In this document: piece by piece, positions 39,419 to 52,817 of the stretch | Position numbering within the stretch: position 1 is the first letter of the stretch | How the letters are laid out: the number at the start of each line of letters is the position of its first letter | Source of the DNA: Geosiphon pyriformis uo1 | Lineage: Eukaryota; Fungi; Glomeromycota | DNA: 64,000 nt | Assembly (NCBI GenBank): GCA_016748015.1 | Contig: JAAOMT010000316.1 | Location: 1-64,000 of the forward strand | Direction of reading: 5' to 3' | The notes under the pieces: generated by a model | Databases searched by the model: none | Told to the model about the DNA's origin: nothing | What the model saw: the letters and a program-made list of their open reading frames with translations, nothing else | Position numbers and translations under genes: made by a program

Positions 39419-42400
39419 ACAGAAACAACACAACAACAACAAAATTTAAAATGACAACTACAGCAGACACAATAACTCTAGAGTATTATCAGTCAATTTA
39501 CACTTACTCAAGCAAAGATTTAACATTCAAGACAGAATTGAAGTTTTCAAGAAATCACTATACTAATATATTGAAAACTGTATCAACAATTATTTTTTTA
39601 GAAATTACAACATTTCAGAAGTTAAAAGCAATCTCTACAATAATTTATTGCATTATTTACAATTGGAAACTGAAGACCTTAACAATGAAACACTTGACAT
39701 CTACTTCCAAGAACTCAACTTTAATATTATTCAGTATTATAAAAAAAAATACCCAGTACAATTTAAATACTCTATTGACTTTGAATTAGAACCAAAAAAC
39801 AGCAACAACAGAAAACAGAAGGAGAAACTTTGAGTTAGTTATACAATTCACAATACACAAAAAACAACTACCAAACACTTGTAAACATTTAAACAAGAAA
39901 TTAGTATTAAATTACCACTTTTTATTACACTATTTTCAATTTTATTTGCTTAATTACAAACACCAAATTTACTACATATCTATTTCTCAAAATTAGAAGA
40001 TTTTTAGTCACTTAAAAGTCCTATTTAACAGCAGAAATCAATATTAACCAGCACCAATCTTCTTAATTACTTAAAAAAAATCAAAGAGAATCTAAAAAGT
40101 GAAAAAACCAATACAGAACAAGAAAAAACCACTGAAAATAAAGAAGAAATAACAACTGCTTATATTGCAAAGATTTCAGAATTCACTGGTAAAAATAATA
40201 GTACCAGCCCTCAAAAATGGTTTAACAAAGTTTCAAAAACAGAAGATGCAAATGGATAAAACATAGTAAGAATGCTCAAAGCAATCTCATATTTTCTCTA
40301 AAGAATAACCAAAAAATGGTTTAAAAACTTAGAGGAACCTTTTAAAAACTGGTAAGCATTCAAAAATGCTTTCTTATAATAATTTACTGACAACAACACA
40401 TCTATTACACTCTAAAACTATTTCTAAAACATTAAGCAAAAACCATCTAAATCTGTTATAACCTATCTTAAAAAATTCAACAAACTTTTTTAATGAATTT
40501 AACAATTTAAAACCAATGACTATTATTTCAATGCTCAGATTCTAGATCAGTTTATTTTAGAATTAAAAAATAAACTAATCAAGAAAGTTTATCTACACGC
40601 CCCAGCAGACTTAGCAACAATTATTTGACATGTAAAGAACTATAAAATGGTAATAGAAAAAGCAAACCACACTAAGCTTATAAATCTTGCTATTAGAAAA
40701 ACCAGCTTAACAGTTAAAAAAAAAATTAACCAACTCACAAAGAAGGTCAAAAATTATTTTACCAATTAACAACAACAGCAACAACCACAAAAATATTAGC
40801 CACTTCAATGACATAATCAAAATAACTATTCTTTATTATTTAACAATTAACCATAAAGCTGTTACTATTGTAAAATTCCAAGATATTGAAAATGAGATTG
40901 TAGAAAATTACAACAAGACAACAAAACAAGAGCAATTAACGTTATTCTTTACTACAGCAATCTTATTACCAACCTCCACTATTAACTTATTACCCAACAA
41001 AATCACAAAATCAAAACAGTTACTATTAATCTGCTTTACAACCAATGCAATAACAATATTAACAACTTTTACCAGTTCAGCAATATCAATCACCATCCAC
41101 TCAACAATATCAAATATCTGCTTAAAGATTAGTTTATCAAAACCAACTCACATCTTAAAATCAATTTCAGAATAATAACAACAGAATCAATTCAAACAAC
41201 TAATTAGTTCTCCGAAATTCTGGTCAGCAAAGACCCAATTACTACTACACTCAATCCAGTTATTTCACAATATCTGAAGAATTGAATTTTCAACAGACTA
41301 CACTTTTTGAAAATAAAACTACAGTACCAAAACAAAACCCTTCTAATAATACAATTTTACCAACCCAAATTGCCTAAAATGCCAACTTTTCAGATATATT
41401 TCTATTCAAATTTGAAATCAATGAATTACCATCTCTATTTAGCAATACAGCAATTAATAAACAAAAAGCAATTACAGCAATGTATACTAAAGCTGAAGTA
41501 GAAAAAAAATCAATTTGATTGATTTTAAACAATAGATCTGCTGGTAGTATTATTACCTACCAACTAATACAACAACTTCAATAAACTGTTGACAGATCTG
41601 TTCAAATAGTTATTGTTACAGCAGATGGCATAAAAAAAACTTTATAAAAAAAATTGTCAATTTTTTTTTTACAATTAATGAAATCACTATTCCAATTAAA
41701 GTTCTTGTTATAGATGCACCCCAATATTAAGCTTTTGTTAGAAATAATTGGCTTCTCAAAGCCAATACAAATCTAGATTGAGAAACCCAAGAACTAAAAA
41801 TTTCATACCAAGAACAATACACTAGAGTATTTGCCATCTGTAGTATTTTCAATAAACAATCTAAAAAAGCCCCAGTATTCAAATTTGAAGAGAAAAATGA
41901 AATACCAATTACTAAAACCTTTATGGTTCTTGAATCAATATCCAATTGGGTTAAGGAAACAGAACAAAAAATCTTTAAAGAAACTAGAGGATAAAATGTA
42001 GTTAAATACTTTACACCAGAATTACAAAAACAACCACTCTATATTCTACTCAAATACAAAAATTGCAAGAAAAAACTTTTATCAATAAGAGCGTACATAT
42101 TCTCAAAAGAAAAATATGAAACACACACTTGTTACTTTTGTAAAGCATGTTATAAAAAATAATTTGAATACCTCAAACAAAATAAAAAATAGAACAACAC
42201 TTCTTGTTTTACATGTGAAGATATGTTATTAGAAGAATACAATTAGATTGATATTGCTATAAGAAGAAGAGTATGTAATCAAACCTGCCAATATGCTCTA
42301 TTAATTTCGAAAAAAGTCAGAAGAAAAACACTTTTTGATGCAGTATATAATAGTGTTTTCAACAAACTCTATTACTACCTTCATAATGCTAAAATGATTT

Positions 42401-42779
42401 TTGACTTAACAATAGCTTTAATCAATAAAGCCATACAAAAAAATGTTTGCCAAATGAAAAAAGCTGAATATATTAAATACACTATGTAATTAACTGGATT
42501 CAACTATAAAAATGAAGTAAAAACATACCAACAAATTACAAGTCACACTTATTCAATCCAAAAAGCTCAAATTCAATGATTAAAACAAATAAATATTTAA
42601 TTGTGTGAAGAATGTATCATGTCTTGTAATGACAAATGATGTCTGGAATGCTATGCTTTTAGCATTTTCTTGTCTAGTAAAAATAACCAGAAGAAAATTA
42701 AGTTTGGAGAATCTAAGCCAGAAAAAAAAATTGCAACAACTCCAATTTATCTTACTGAAAATTAACCAGCTCTATAACT

Positions 42780-43210
42780 TAAATATTTTGACAACAATAG
42801 TCAAAGAATTAAGCCTGAAAAAGCTCATAAAATTGATGCAGAATATGACTTACAATATTTCGGCAAGAATATCTTGGTTTTTTAACCAAAATCTCTTACT
42901 AAAATCAATCTTAGAATTGCTCTTGAAATACTACCAGAAGCAATGGTACAAATTGCTTTCCAATTATTATTGGCAAGCAAAAAAATCAATATTAGAAAAG
43001 GAGTTATAGATGCAGAATACACTAAAAACATTACCATTATGCTACAGAATAAAACTAAAAAACTATTTAAAATAGAACATATTAAAAAGATTGCTTAAGC
43101 AATTTATTTACTTTTAATCAACATTTCAGAGTTACAATTAGTTAATAACAGAGAACAATTAGGCAAAAATAAAAGAAGAATACAAAGTTTTGGTTCAACT
43201 AAACAATTCA
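42780..43210 (+). pseudogene. Trimeric dUTPase domain within Gypsy pol
   Basis: All five motifs in order, mutated: IDAEYDL, QIAFQLLLA (cf. IASRSSLA), GVIDAEYTKNI, KIA*AI, RRIQSFGST. Confidence 0.9.
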
Positions 43211-43501
43211 CAGTTTCAGTAAATATAGTCCTTAATGCATAGATTAAATCTTACCAGATTTTTTAACTTTTCCAACCAATTATCATATTACTTTTTGGAG
43301 AATATCACGAGATCTACACTTGCTTAAAACCTACTACCACTCAACAAATCTTTGAATCTAATAAACAAATCTGTTTAAAGTATGAAATCTTAATTTCAAA
43401 TGTCTATATACCAAAAAAAATAAAAAAATTTTGAGTCACTTTCTACAACCCCAACAATTACCCCATTATTTTATTAAACAAATTAAAAATTGGAATTATA
43501 C

Positions 43502-44224
43502 TATTATGGATTGGAGCAATAAGCTAATAGATAGCAAAAAAAAATAAGGTTGTAAGGTAATAAAAGGAATTAAAGAGAGAATTAGAATAAAAGAGCAAAT
43601 TGAATAAGTAAGAATTCAATGTGCATAATCAGTCTCATAAAAATTACAGTTGCAAATTTTTTCTGGAAATCTGAAAGTAGAAAAATAATTCATAATTGTC
43701 AACAAAATAACACTGCTGCTATTATTCTATGTCTTAACTTGGCAATTTTTAAAATCAATAACAGGTGTTATTGTGCTTTTCAATTATTTTTTATTTAATA
43801 AATCACAAAAGCAAGTAATTGCTTCTTAGACTAATTCTAACAAATACAAATCAAGAAAAGAAAAAATAAAATATGTAAATACCAAAAAGTAATTTTTTAT
43901 TCTAAGATGTTCAGATACTTGGATGTAAGAAAAAGAAAATAAGCAATATAAGAAAAAGTAATTGATAGTAAGTTTTATTTTGTTACTTTAATTATGTTTT
44001 TTACAGCCAAGAGACTTATTGCTTATATAGTTATTGAAAGTGGTTAATGATAAGGTTAATAACTAGGTCAATAATCAAATTAATAATTAGGTTAATAATC
44101 AAGTCAATAGTCAAGTCATTGATTAGATTAATAATTACTATCTAAAAATAAAATAACTAATTATATAACATCAATGGCTAATACATATAATAACTAATAA
44201 AAAGTATGAGTTCTAACTATAACA
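43502..44224. mobile_element. Solo LTR inserted in the inner Gypsy pol
   Basis: tattatgg...ctataaca flanked by a perfect 4-bp TSD ATAC (43498-43501 and 44225-44228). Removing it restores KIGIIHSNIFQDE. Confidence 0.92.
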
Positions 44225-47200
44225 ATACATAGCAATATCTTTCAAGATGAAAACTTTTAAATTGTTTCTAATTTCATTAAAATTATAAGACATATCCTAC
44301 TTTCTAACCAAAATACTATTTCTACTACTAAAAACTACTATTTTTTGGAGAAAAAACTCTCTTGAATCAATATAGATTTCTTAAAACAATTATAATAAAA
44401 ACAATAAAAACAGCTAATTGTTAAATACGCTGATATATTTGTCAAAAATAACAATAATTTTGGAAAAACTAATATTATTTAACATCAGATCTACACAAAT
44501 GATGCTCTACTAAAATGTTAACAAGCTTATTAAGTGCTATCTGCCAACCACCAATTCATTAAAAAAGAAGTTCAAAGAATGTTCAATAATAGATTGATTC
44601 AACTATTAAGAAGTTTTTGGGCCTTACCAGTAGTTCTAATTAAAATAAAAAATGAAAAAATCAGATTTTGTGTCAACTATTACTAATTAAACAGTGTGAT
44701 AATTAAAAATGTTTACTCTCTTTCAAAAATTGATGACATGCTAAATGCTTTAAGAAAAGCCAAGTTTTTTTCAACTTTAGACTAAAAAAATAAATATTAG
44801 CAAGTCGAAATAGACCCAAAAGATTGCTCCAAAACAGCATTTACTATTCAAGAAAAAAACTATGAATTTAACATTATGTTTTTTAGACTTTGCAATGCAT
44901 TAGCAACATTTTAGTAACTTATAGATGTTGTATATAAAAGACTCTTATGGCAATTAGTAATTGTTAATTTTAATGATACTGATGTATATTCATCAAGCTT
45001 TAAAGCTCATCTTATTTATCTGTGAAAAGTTTTTCAATAATTATAAAAAGCAGAATTGAAGTTGAACATTAAGAAATGTTACTTTAAAAAAACAAGTTTA
45101 ATTTTTCTTGAACATATTGTTAGCAAAGATAGAATTAAACCAAATTCAGGAACAATTAGTGCTGTTAAAAACTTTCAAACTCTCCAAAATACCACAAATT
45201 ATAAAAATTTGTAGGATTAGTCTTCTATTATCAAATATTTATCAAAAAAATTTCAGAAATTGCCAAACCACTCAATTATTTTACCAACAAAAATGTGTTA
45301 TATTAATGGACTGAAAAACAACAGAAAGTCTTTGAAACTCTTAAAACAAAATTGATAACAGCCCCAGTTTTTATTTACCCAAACTTTAACAAATAATTCT
45401 AACTAGGCACTGATGTTTTACACATAGCATTTGGTGCTATCTTATCACAATTGGATAAAAATAGCCAAAAAAAAGTCATTGTCTATGCCAATAAAACACT
45501 TAAATTAACAAAACTCAAATATGGCTTGACAGAATTAAAAGCTGCCACAGTCATTTGGGCTCTTAAACACTTTCAACAATATCTAAAGAATAGAAAAAAA
45601 TTTGACATTATAATTAATAATATTGGTCTCAAATGGCTCAATAAAAAAAAACTGAACAAAATACCAAACAGTTTCAATAGAATAATTTCTAGCAGATTAT
45701 AAATATATTATATATCACAAACCAGAAAAACTACATACCAATATTAATAGTCTGTTAAGAATAAAACAAGATTAATATTAACAGCAATCCCATCACAACT
45801 TAACAATCTATCAACAAATAATAATCAAACAATAATAAATAACAGAAATTACAACAATATTAAAAACTACTTGAAGACTCTTATCATGCCAGAAAATTAA
45901 TCTCCAAGTAAAAAAAATCGATTATAACATCAATTAAAACAATATTTCATATACCACAACAAAATTTATTATAAAAATCACAAAAATTCAAACCAATCAT
46001 TCAAATTAATACAAAAAAATAAAAAAAAAACAATTTTATACAACATGTACACAGATTTTTTATCAGCACACTTGGAAAGAAATGGAACAATTCAAAGAAT
46101 ACTTGAACATTATTTTTGGTTCTTATACAAAAAAATATTTGATAATATGTAGAATCTTGTAATAACTGTTAAAAAAGAGGAGAAATTTGCTCTACTGAAC
46201 CACTAAATCCAATCAAAATTGGACAATCTTTTGACAGAATAGAAATTAATTTAGTCAGACCACTACCCATTACAATCCAAAAAATTATTATATTATAGTT
46301 GTAGTAAATTATCTTACCAAATGGTTTGAAGTTAGAGCCATTCAAAAAGTAGATACAAAATTAATAGCAAATTTCATCTACAAAGACATTATTTGTAGAC
46401 ATAGATATCCAATTAAACTTTTATCAAACCAAAAAACACACTTTGTGAACAATTTGATACAAGAAATTTGTGAATGATTCAATGTTAAAAGACCTCTATC
46501 ATTATTTTATTACTCATAAACAAATAGACTTATAGAACATTTCAACAGAACATTATGTGAATTATTAGCCAAAGTCTCAACTGATTTTGAGCAGAAATTA
46601 GATATCTTTATTCCATTAATATTACTAACATACAAAACACTAAAACAAGATATCATAAAACACATATCATTTAATCTTACTTATAAGAAAATAACAATAC
46701 TACCAATAAATTTTACAGTAAAAACATATTCAGTACAACTTATTACTGAAGAAAACTTCCAAGAGACACTTTAACAAAGAGTTTATATCCTGTTTAGCAC
46801 TTTAAAAAAAAACAACAGATAGCAGCAACTCATATTAAACATTTTCAAACTCAACAAAAAAAATAGCACAATAACAAACTGCTACCAGTCCCCAATGAAT
46901 TTAAAGTTGGAAATAAAGTTTTCTTACACAGAATTAAGGCTGAAAAACAATAGAGTAGAAAATTTGAACATAAATAGGATGGACCATTTTATATTCATAA
47001 AATCTTAGACAATAAATTATACAAGTTAAGACTTAATGACAAAGTATTCACAAAAGTTGCATATGGAGATTAATTAAAACATTATCATTTCAAAAACAAT
47101 TCTGAACCATTAATTCTACAATTTGGTATACATTTATCTTTAATTAATCTTGAAGATATTCTTTGAAATTTAGAACCAATAATTATAATAGAATAACAAC

Positions 47201-47439
47201 CAAACTTGAACACTTAATTTAATATTTTTACAATATTTCTTTAATAAAACACGAACATAAAACAAAAATAGTAAATAATTACAAGAAATATCCAAACCCA
47301 AAAACACATAAAATCTCTATACTCAAAAATAATTTTTTTATTCTTTTTAAATTCTTTTCAAATTTTTATTTATTCTTAAATTAGTTCTTTTTTTATCATA
47401 ATTATTTTCCGAAATATTTAACAAATATTCCAAAAATTA

Positions 47440-48084
47440 ATGTTAGTCTTAAAAACACTTTATGACTTATCCATAACAATTAATAAAAGTCAAATTAATT
47501 ACATCCAAAAGAAAATAACAACACCAGTAGTAAATAATTCTCAGAATTATTATCTTTATAAAAAAAAAGCAAGAAGTTATTCTGGAAATCAATTACCAGA
47601 ACTTTTAAAGCAAGCTTTAAAAAAAACATTTTATTTGCCCCTATTGACATTTTACTGAATGCCACAATTCAACAAAAACTTCTGCTATTTTTCAATAAAC
47701 AAAACAATAAATATACTCTTATCTATAGATATTTTTATATTAAAAAAACATTTTCTGAACAAAAACTAGAACTTGAAATAACAAATCTTACTTCTGAAGC
47801 TATACAAAAACAAATTCACAATGAATTCAAGATAGCAGTCGGATCAACAAATACTCACTACAAACTTAAAGCTGCTCTTAGACTTTATAACTTATTTAAT
47901 ACTTGCAAAAATGTTTTACAAAATCCAATACTCCAACCAATGAAAATACAATACATTGGCAAATTCACAAAACTGAAATTTCAACAATTTTCAGACCAGA
48001 TTATTTCAATTATTTTGGATTATTATTTTAATATTACAGATAGTGCTTGAATTTTAATAGAGCTTAATCTTAAGAAGGAAATTA
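47440..48084 (+). pseudogene. Accessory ORF downstream of integrase in the inner Gypsy (unknown function)
   Basis: ORF 47440-47658 continues after breaks as KTFSEQKLELEITNLTSEAIQKQIHNEFK...YKLKAALRLYNLFNTCK...IQYIGKFTKLKFQQFSDQI, running into the PPT. Confidence 0.65.
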
Positions 48085-49026
48085 TGTTACCAATAAAATT
48101 TTAGCTATTAATTAGCATAAAATTACTCTTCTAATCTTTAGTATTAATTATTATATATTATTATTATTTCAATTATTACTTATTAGTTAATCAAATTATC
48201 AAATATTATTATTCAATTAATAACCTGATTTGTATCATAGAAATTAAGATGATCAAATTAAACAATACTCTAAACTATTTAACATAGTCAAATTCGCCAA
48301 AATTAATGAAAATTGGCCGAAATAATTAATAGTTTATAGAAATAACTTGTAGTTTGCCGAAATTATAACAAAGAGAAAAGTACAAGTTCAAAGACTAGTA
48401 CTACAACAAATTGTATAAAAGAAAAGCTTCTTTCTTCAAGAAAATGTATCTTACCATAGTATTTTACTTTAGATATTTTAATTAAAACAAATTATCTCTC
48501 ACACATCCTTACAAAATCAAATAAAAATTAAATATTCAAAAACCAAATTTTTAATTATTATATTTGAAATTCACAAAAACCCAACTAATATTTTGAAATT
48601 GATTAGCTACCAATTTCAATAATCTGTTAGTGACTCCAGGTCTGAATAGAAAACGTTTCTCTTAATAGAACACTATTTTTTTTACATTTTTTTATTTTTT
48701 TTTATTTTTTTATTATAATTATTAAAGTAGTCTACAGATAAGATTCCTGTAGAAAAATTGACTTTTACAGCAAAATAACTACACATTTGGTAAGCTTCCA
48801 GATAAGCAATTCCTGGAAAAGAGTTGATGTTTACTACAATGTAACTACACAAAGTAACTGGCATAGAATTGGCCATTTCACTTATAAGTTTAGCAGTTTA
48901 AATTATAAGAGATAATTTAAAGATAAATTCAGTTATTGAAGATCCAACTACTTTCAGAAAACATGGATTCATAACCAACATGCATTAATAACATTTAAAA
49001 AAAGAGACCAAAAAACTCTAATAACA
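48085..49026 (+). repeat. 3' LTR of the inner Gypsy
   Basis: tgttaccaa...ctaataaca, preceded by a purine tract at 48072-48081. Confidence 0.95.
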
Positions 49027-49711
49027 ATGGTTTCTTTTGTGAATTTTTTTTTTTAGCATGGTGGTCAATTTATTTTGGCAGTTGTATTCTTCTGATAAGC
49101 TATTTTTAAGTTTTCTATTTTTGTTTCCAGGTCTTTTACCAAGCTATCCTTAATGTTAAATACTTAATGCTTAATCTCTTTAATCAATTAGTAAACAACA
49201 AAGAAACAAAAAAATAATAAAAAAAAATAATAAAAAAAATAAAAAATTAGTATTCCATCAATAGTCATAATTAAAAGCTATTGTTTCAGTGTAATTAAAT
49301 ATTAAATTCTATCAATCTAGAGTGTTGATAGTTTAAAAATGATTAATATTTCTTTAATCAAGTAATGATAACATGGATTGGATAATAATAAATAATTTTA
49401 TTAATATAAAAATAATTTCATTTTAAGTTATAAGAAACTATCTTTTAAAAGAAAAAATATTGTTGATTAAATTAATCTGAACTCTATTAAATTTTTTGGA
49501 ATTTTTTCATATTTTTTCTGCTTTTAATACTCTCATTATATATATATAATTTATGTTATACAAGATTTCTTAAAATTTTTCAATTTTTTGAAAAAAATTC
49601 TGGAATTCTGAAATTCTAAAATCCTGTAATTCTGGAATTTTTTTTTTACTATATCTATTTCTGATTGGCTATTTTACCTATTATTATAATTTCTAATTTC
49701 TATAAGTAATA
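49027..49711 (-). repeat. Distal part of the split 5' LTR of the outer Gypsy
   Basis: Resumes atggtttcttttgtgaa, matching the intact LTR from ~30235 (atggttttttttgtgaa) to its end at 30950. Confidence 0.9.
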
Positions 49712-51185
49712 ACGACTATTAAAATTAGTTTTTTACTACTACTATTTAAAAAAAAACATTTTGTCTAGTTGCTTTTAAAATAAAGAAAACTTCTCTAATT
49801 AAAACTTTATTAGATATTTTAGAAAAGATATTAAGTACACCTTTTTTATTTTTTATTTTGATTATAGTCATAAAGACAAAAACTTTTAGATATTAAGTAC
49901 TTTAATTATTATAAAATTATTAATTTTATACAAAAATAGCTTAATATATATATTTAGTTGTTTTAAATTTTGTTTATTATTTTAACTTTAATTTTTAAAT
50001 TAATAATATATAAAACTATAGTTTTTTTACTTGTTAAATTATTAAACTATTTGAATAAAAATAAATATTAAATTAACTAATTAGATATTAATATTTTAAA
50101 TAATATAATATCAAAAAAAATTCTAAAAATATTAAAAAAATTCTAAAATACTAAAAATATTAATTTCTTAGTTTTTTTTGTTTTATTTTCTATTTTATTG
50201 TTATTATTAAAAAAAATAGTATATTAAAATTATATTATTATAAATAGTCTTATAAAAAACACATATTATAAACATAAAATTAATTTTTTAAAGTTAAATA
50301 ACTTAATATTTGATTTTTTTTGTGTATTTTAACAAATTTATTAATAAGTTTTAAAAATTATTAAATTATTAATTCTCTGTTTTTTATACAAAATCAAACT
50401 AATACTCTTTATATTAACAAAACTTTTAAATATAACCAATATATTATAAAATTTTAAATTATAATATAGTATTTCTAGTTTATTTTAGTTTTAAATCTTA
50501 AATTTAATTTTATGTAATTTATAAGACTTTTATTTAGTATATAATACTGCACTAAAAACTTTTATAATATTTTCTAATATTGTATAATATTAAGATATTA
50601 AATAACAAAATATTATTATTTTTAATTATATTTGCCAAATTATTGTTTTTTTATTTTTAAAATTGCTTAATTTTAATTTATGTTTTAAAAAATTTTTATT
50701 TTTTATTTAATAATATTTATAAAAATGTAATTTTTTAAAATCAACTTTAATTAACAGAATCTAATTGTAAAATTGTAATTAATAAATATTTTTATAATTT
50801 TAATCTTAATTAATATTAATAATATTATTTTATAAACATACTTATTTAAAACATTAAAATAAGTTATAATACAAAATTTATATCAAAATTTTTGATTAAT
50901 TTATTTATGTAAACACTTTTTTTATTAATTAATAATTTTTAAATTTTTATTGTTTTTAAAACTGTTAAAAATTTTAAAACTTGTTATTAAAGAATCTGAA
51001 AGCTAACCTAATTACAACTTTTTAATATTTTTAATATTAAATCTGTACAAAATATAAGTCGAATATTTATAATTAAATAATTTAATAAATTAATAAATCA
51101 AAATTGTAAATAAAAATGTAATTGTTTTTGTTTTTAAAATTGGTAAAAATTAATTAAAATTTACTGTATTAAATAATTTAACTAT

Positions 51186-52817
51186 TTTTTTATTTTATTT
51201 TATTTAACGAGTGAGGTCCAAACGCGACCTAGTGCTATACATCATACAAATGATCTAAACTAGGAGCAAATCATGTGCTTTCTACACATGACCAGTTACT
51301 TTGGTCAGTCAGGACTACACTATATACCTATATGCACAGACACCAAATCTTTAATATCCAAAAAAAATGGACAAAACTTATGAAACCCGAAACCAACTCC
51401 AAAAGCCTTAGCCACACCCAGCAACCTAACTACACCAGCCAAAAACACCATAGGCAAACCAGAAACAAAAGCAGGAGTGGAGCCATTACGCGGAATCAAA
51501 CCACACTTTTCCATGAATGTTCAGTGTCTGGCACAGACCAACCAAATGTCATCCCGAAAAGCTAAACAGAGCCCACGAACAAAATCCACAATCTTTCTAG
51601 CCCCAACTTTAGGATTCTTAAAAACTGAGACAGATTCATGATACCAATTATTGAAAACAAAGCCCTTAAACAGAGTGACACCAACTTCAAATTTGGAACC
51701 ACAAGTGGCCAACAGCTGTGAGACATCTGAAGAAGACTGGGACAGACCAAAAAGATCCTTCTAAGCCAAAACATGAAAGTCCAGCAATTGGGCATGACTG
51801 GTGACATCATGAGAACAATAAAAAACATGATCCAAAAACTCGACATCAGCACAATAAAAACACATAACACTGGGGTATCTCCTATCATACAAGCGCTTTC
51901 GCACAGCAACCAGAAGCCGACAATAGAGGGCCTTTATGAAATAAGTTTGATAGCCAGCTGTACGCATACTAGTGGAGCCAGCAGCCAAGTGAGAATTGGG
52001 GTGCCACACCAGAAAAGACTTAAACCAATTAATATCAGCATGCAAACCATCTGTCACAACCTGAGAGCCAGACCCAACCTCCCAGCGAGCATGATGAACC
52101 AAACAGAAAACATCATAAACAAAGCGTCTAGGATTACCAGAAACCGCAGCACTACCCGCCTTCAGAAAACGTTCACCGACCAAATGAGGCATGCGCCAAG
52201 TAGAAAAAGCAGTTTTCTTGGCAAGTGCATCAGCACGTTCATTGCCTGAGATGCCTGAATGACTCCTAATCTTAATCCAATTCACTCCTAAATTCTTGTG
52301 ACAAATGACATTAGCTATGTGATGGCACTCAATCCAACAACGGTTTCTAAAATCCGGATGGACCAACAAAGACTCCAACTTGTACACATCCAAAACAGCC
52401 TAACTGTCCAAAAACAAGTCAACCAAACAAAAAGAGAGAACAAACTCAAGAGCCAAAGCAATTGCCTGCAATTCCGTCAGAGTAGAAAAAACCAAACCAA
52501 ACACCCCAACACCCAAACCTGAGTCAATGTCTTCAAAGAAAATGGCAGCATCCACCTTCACATCAACAGTGCCCAGACCACTCAAAGACCTGTCCATATA
52601 CACAGACAGGTGAACAGCATCGACGGTCAGCAAAGCATTGCAAACCACACCAAAATCATGAGACCGACGAACATCAGAATTAGCACAATCTTCCACAAGG
52701 GAAGGACAAATAGAAGGAGGAACAGCACCACCAAGAAAGTGAACTGAGAGATCAAACCACAGGGGGACTGGGCCACGAGGGTCCAGCCTCTTCCAACGCT
52801 TGAAAGTTCCCCAACTA
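51186..52817 (-). mobile_element. 5'-truncated LINE with RNase H and C-terminal CCHC; relatively young
   Basis: RNase H motifs SVYMDRS, STLTELQAIALAL, LFLDS and WIKIRSHSGISGNERADALAK; CFYCADVEFLDHVFYC; A-rich (TAAAA)n 3' tail at 51186-51206; 11-bp TSD aatttaactat (51175-51185) / aatttagctat (52818-52828). Much higher GC than the flanks. Confidence 0.9.

Larger units (their letters stand above)
38443..49026 (+). mobile_element. Inner full-length Ty3/Gypsy retrotransposon (gag, PR, Cys-rich region, dUTPase, RT, RH, IN, 3' ORF), inactivated by point mutations
   Basis: LTRs 38443-39404 and 48085-49026; TSD ATAG/ATGG; PBS-like TGGTGCTCTTCC; PPT aagaaggaaa. Gag knuckle CYYCKIPRY*K*DC (40860), PR ILNNRSAGSII (~41525), RT IRFCVNYY and FSTLD (~44660-45150), RH TDV...GAILSQ and ELKAA (~45410-45770), IN (~46040-46700), GPF motif (~46980). 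Confidence 0.95.
30105..49711 (-). mobile_element. Outer Ty3/Gypsy LTR element, internally deleted, host of nested insertions
   Basis: 3' LTR 30105-30950; 5' LTR split into 38309-38442 and 49027-49711. PBS-like tttgttgcttcttg follows the 5' LTR on the minus strand (38308 downwards); purine tract at 30951-30966. Gag relic ~38240-36600, protease start (KLILNSK...SIMTQQ, ~35960), dUTPase start (~31130-31000). Flanks GTAA/ACGA both derive from GCGA by transitions. Confidence 0.88.

Noticed and set aside
44045-44140. Short periodic repeats (gttaataatcaa-like), also at 5120-5200, as a CRISPR-like array
   Set aside because: Degenerate ~12-bp tandem units inside an LTR, with no unique spacers and no cas genes.
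32236-47200. Alternative genetic code (TGA=Trp, as in Mollicutes-related endobacteria or mitochondria) to explain in-frame stops
   Set aside because: TAA, TAG and TGA all occur at Trp, Gln and Arg positions alongside missense transitions and frameshifts, and neighbouring genes have spliceosomal introns. Mutation explains this better than recoding.
47000-47220. Chromodomain at the integrase C-terminus
   Set aside because: Only a GPF-type motif and a short tail are visible; no chromodomain aromatic pattern was recognised.
51275-52522. Plus-strand ORFs 51275-51565, 51773-52249 and 52298-52522 as genes
   Set aside because: Antisense frames of the minus-strand LINE RNase H/CCHC region.
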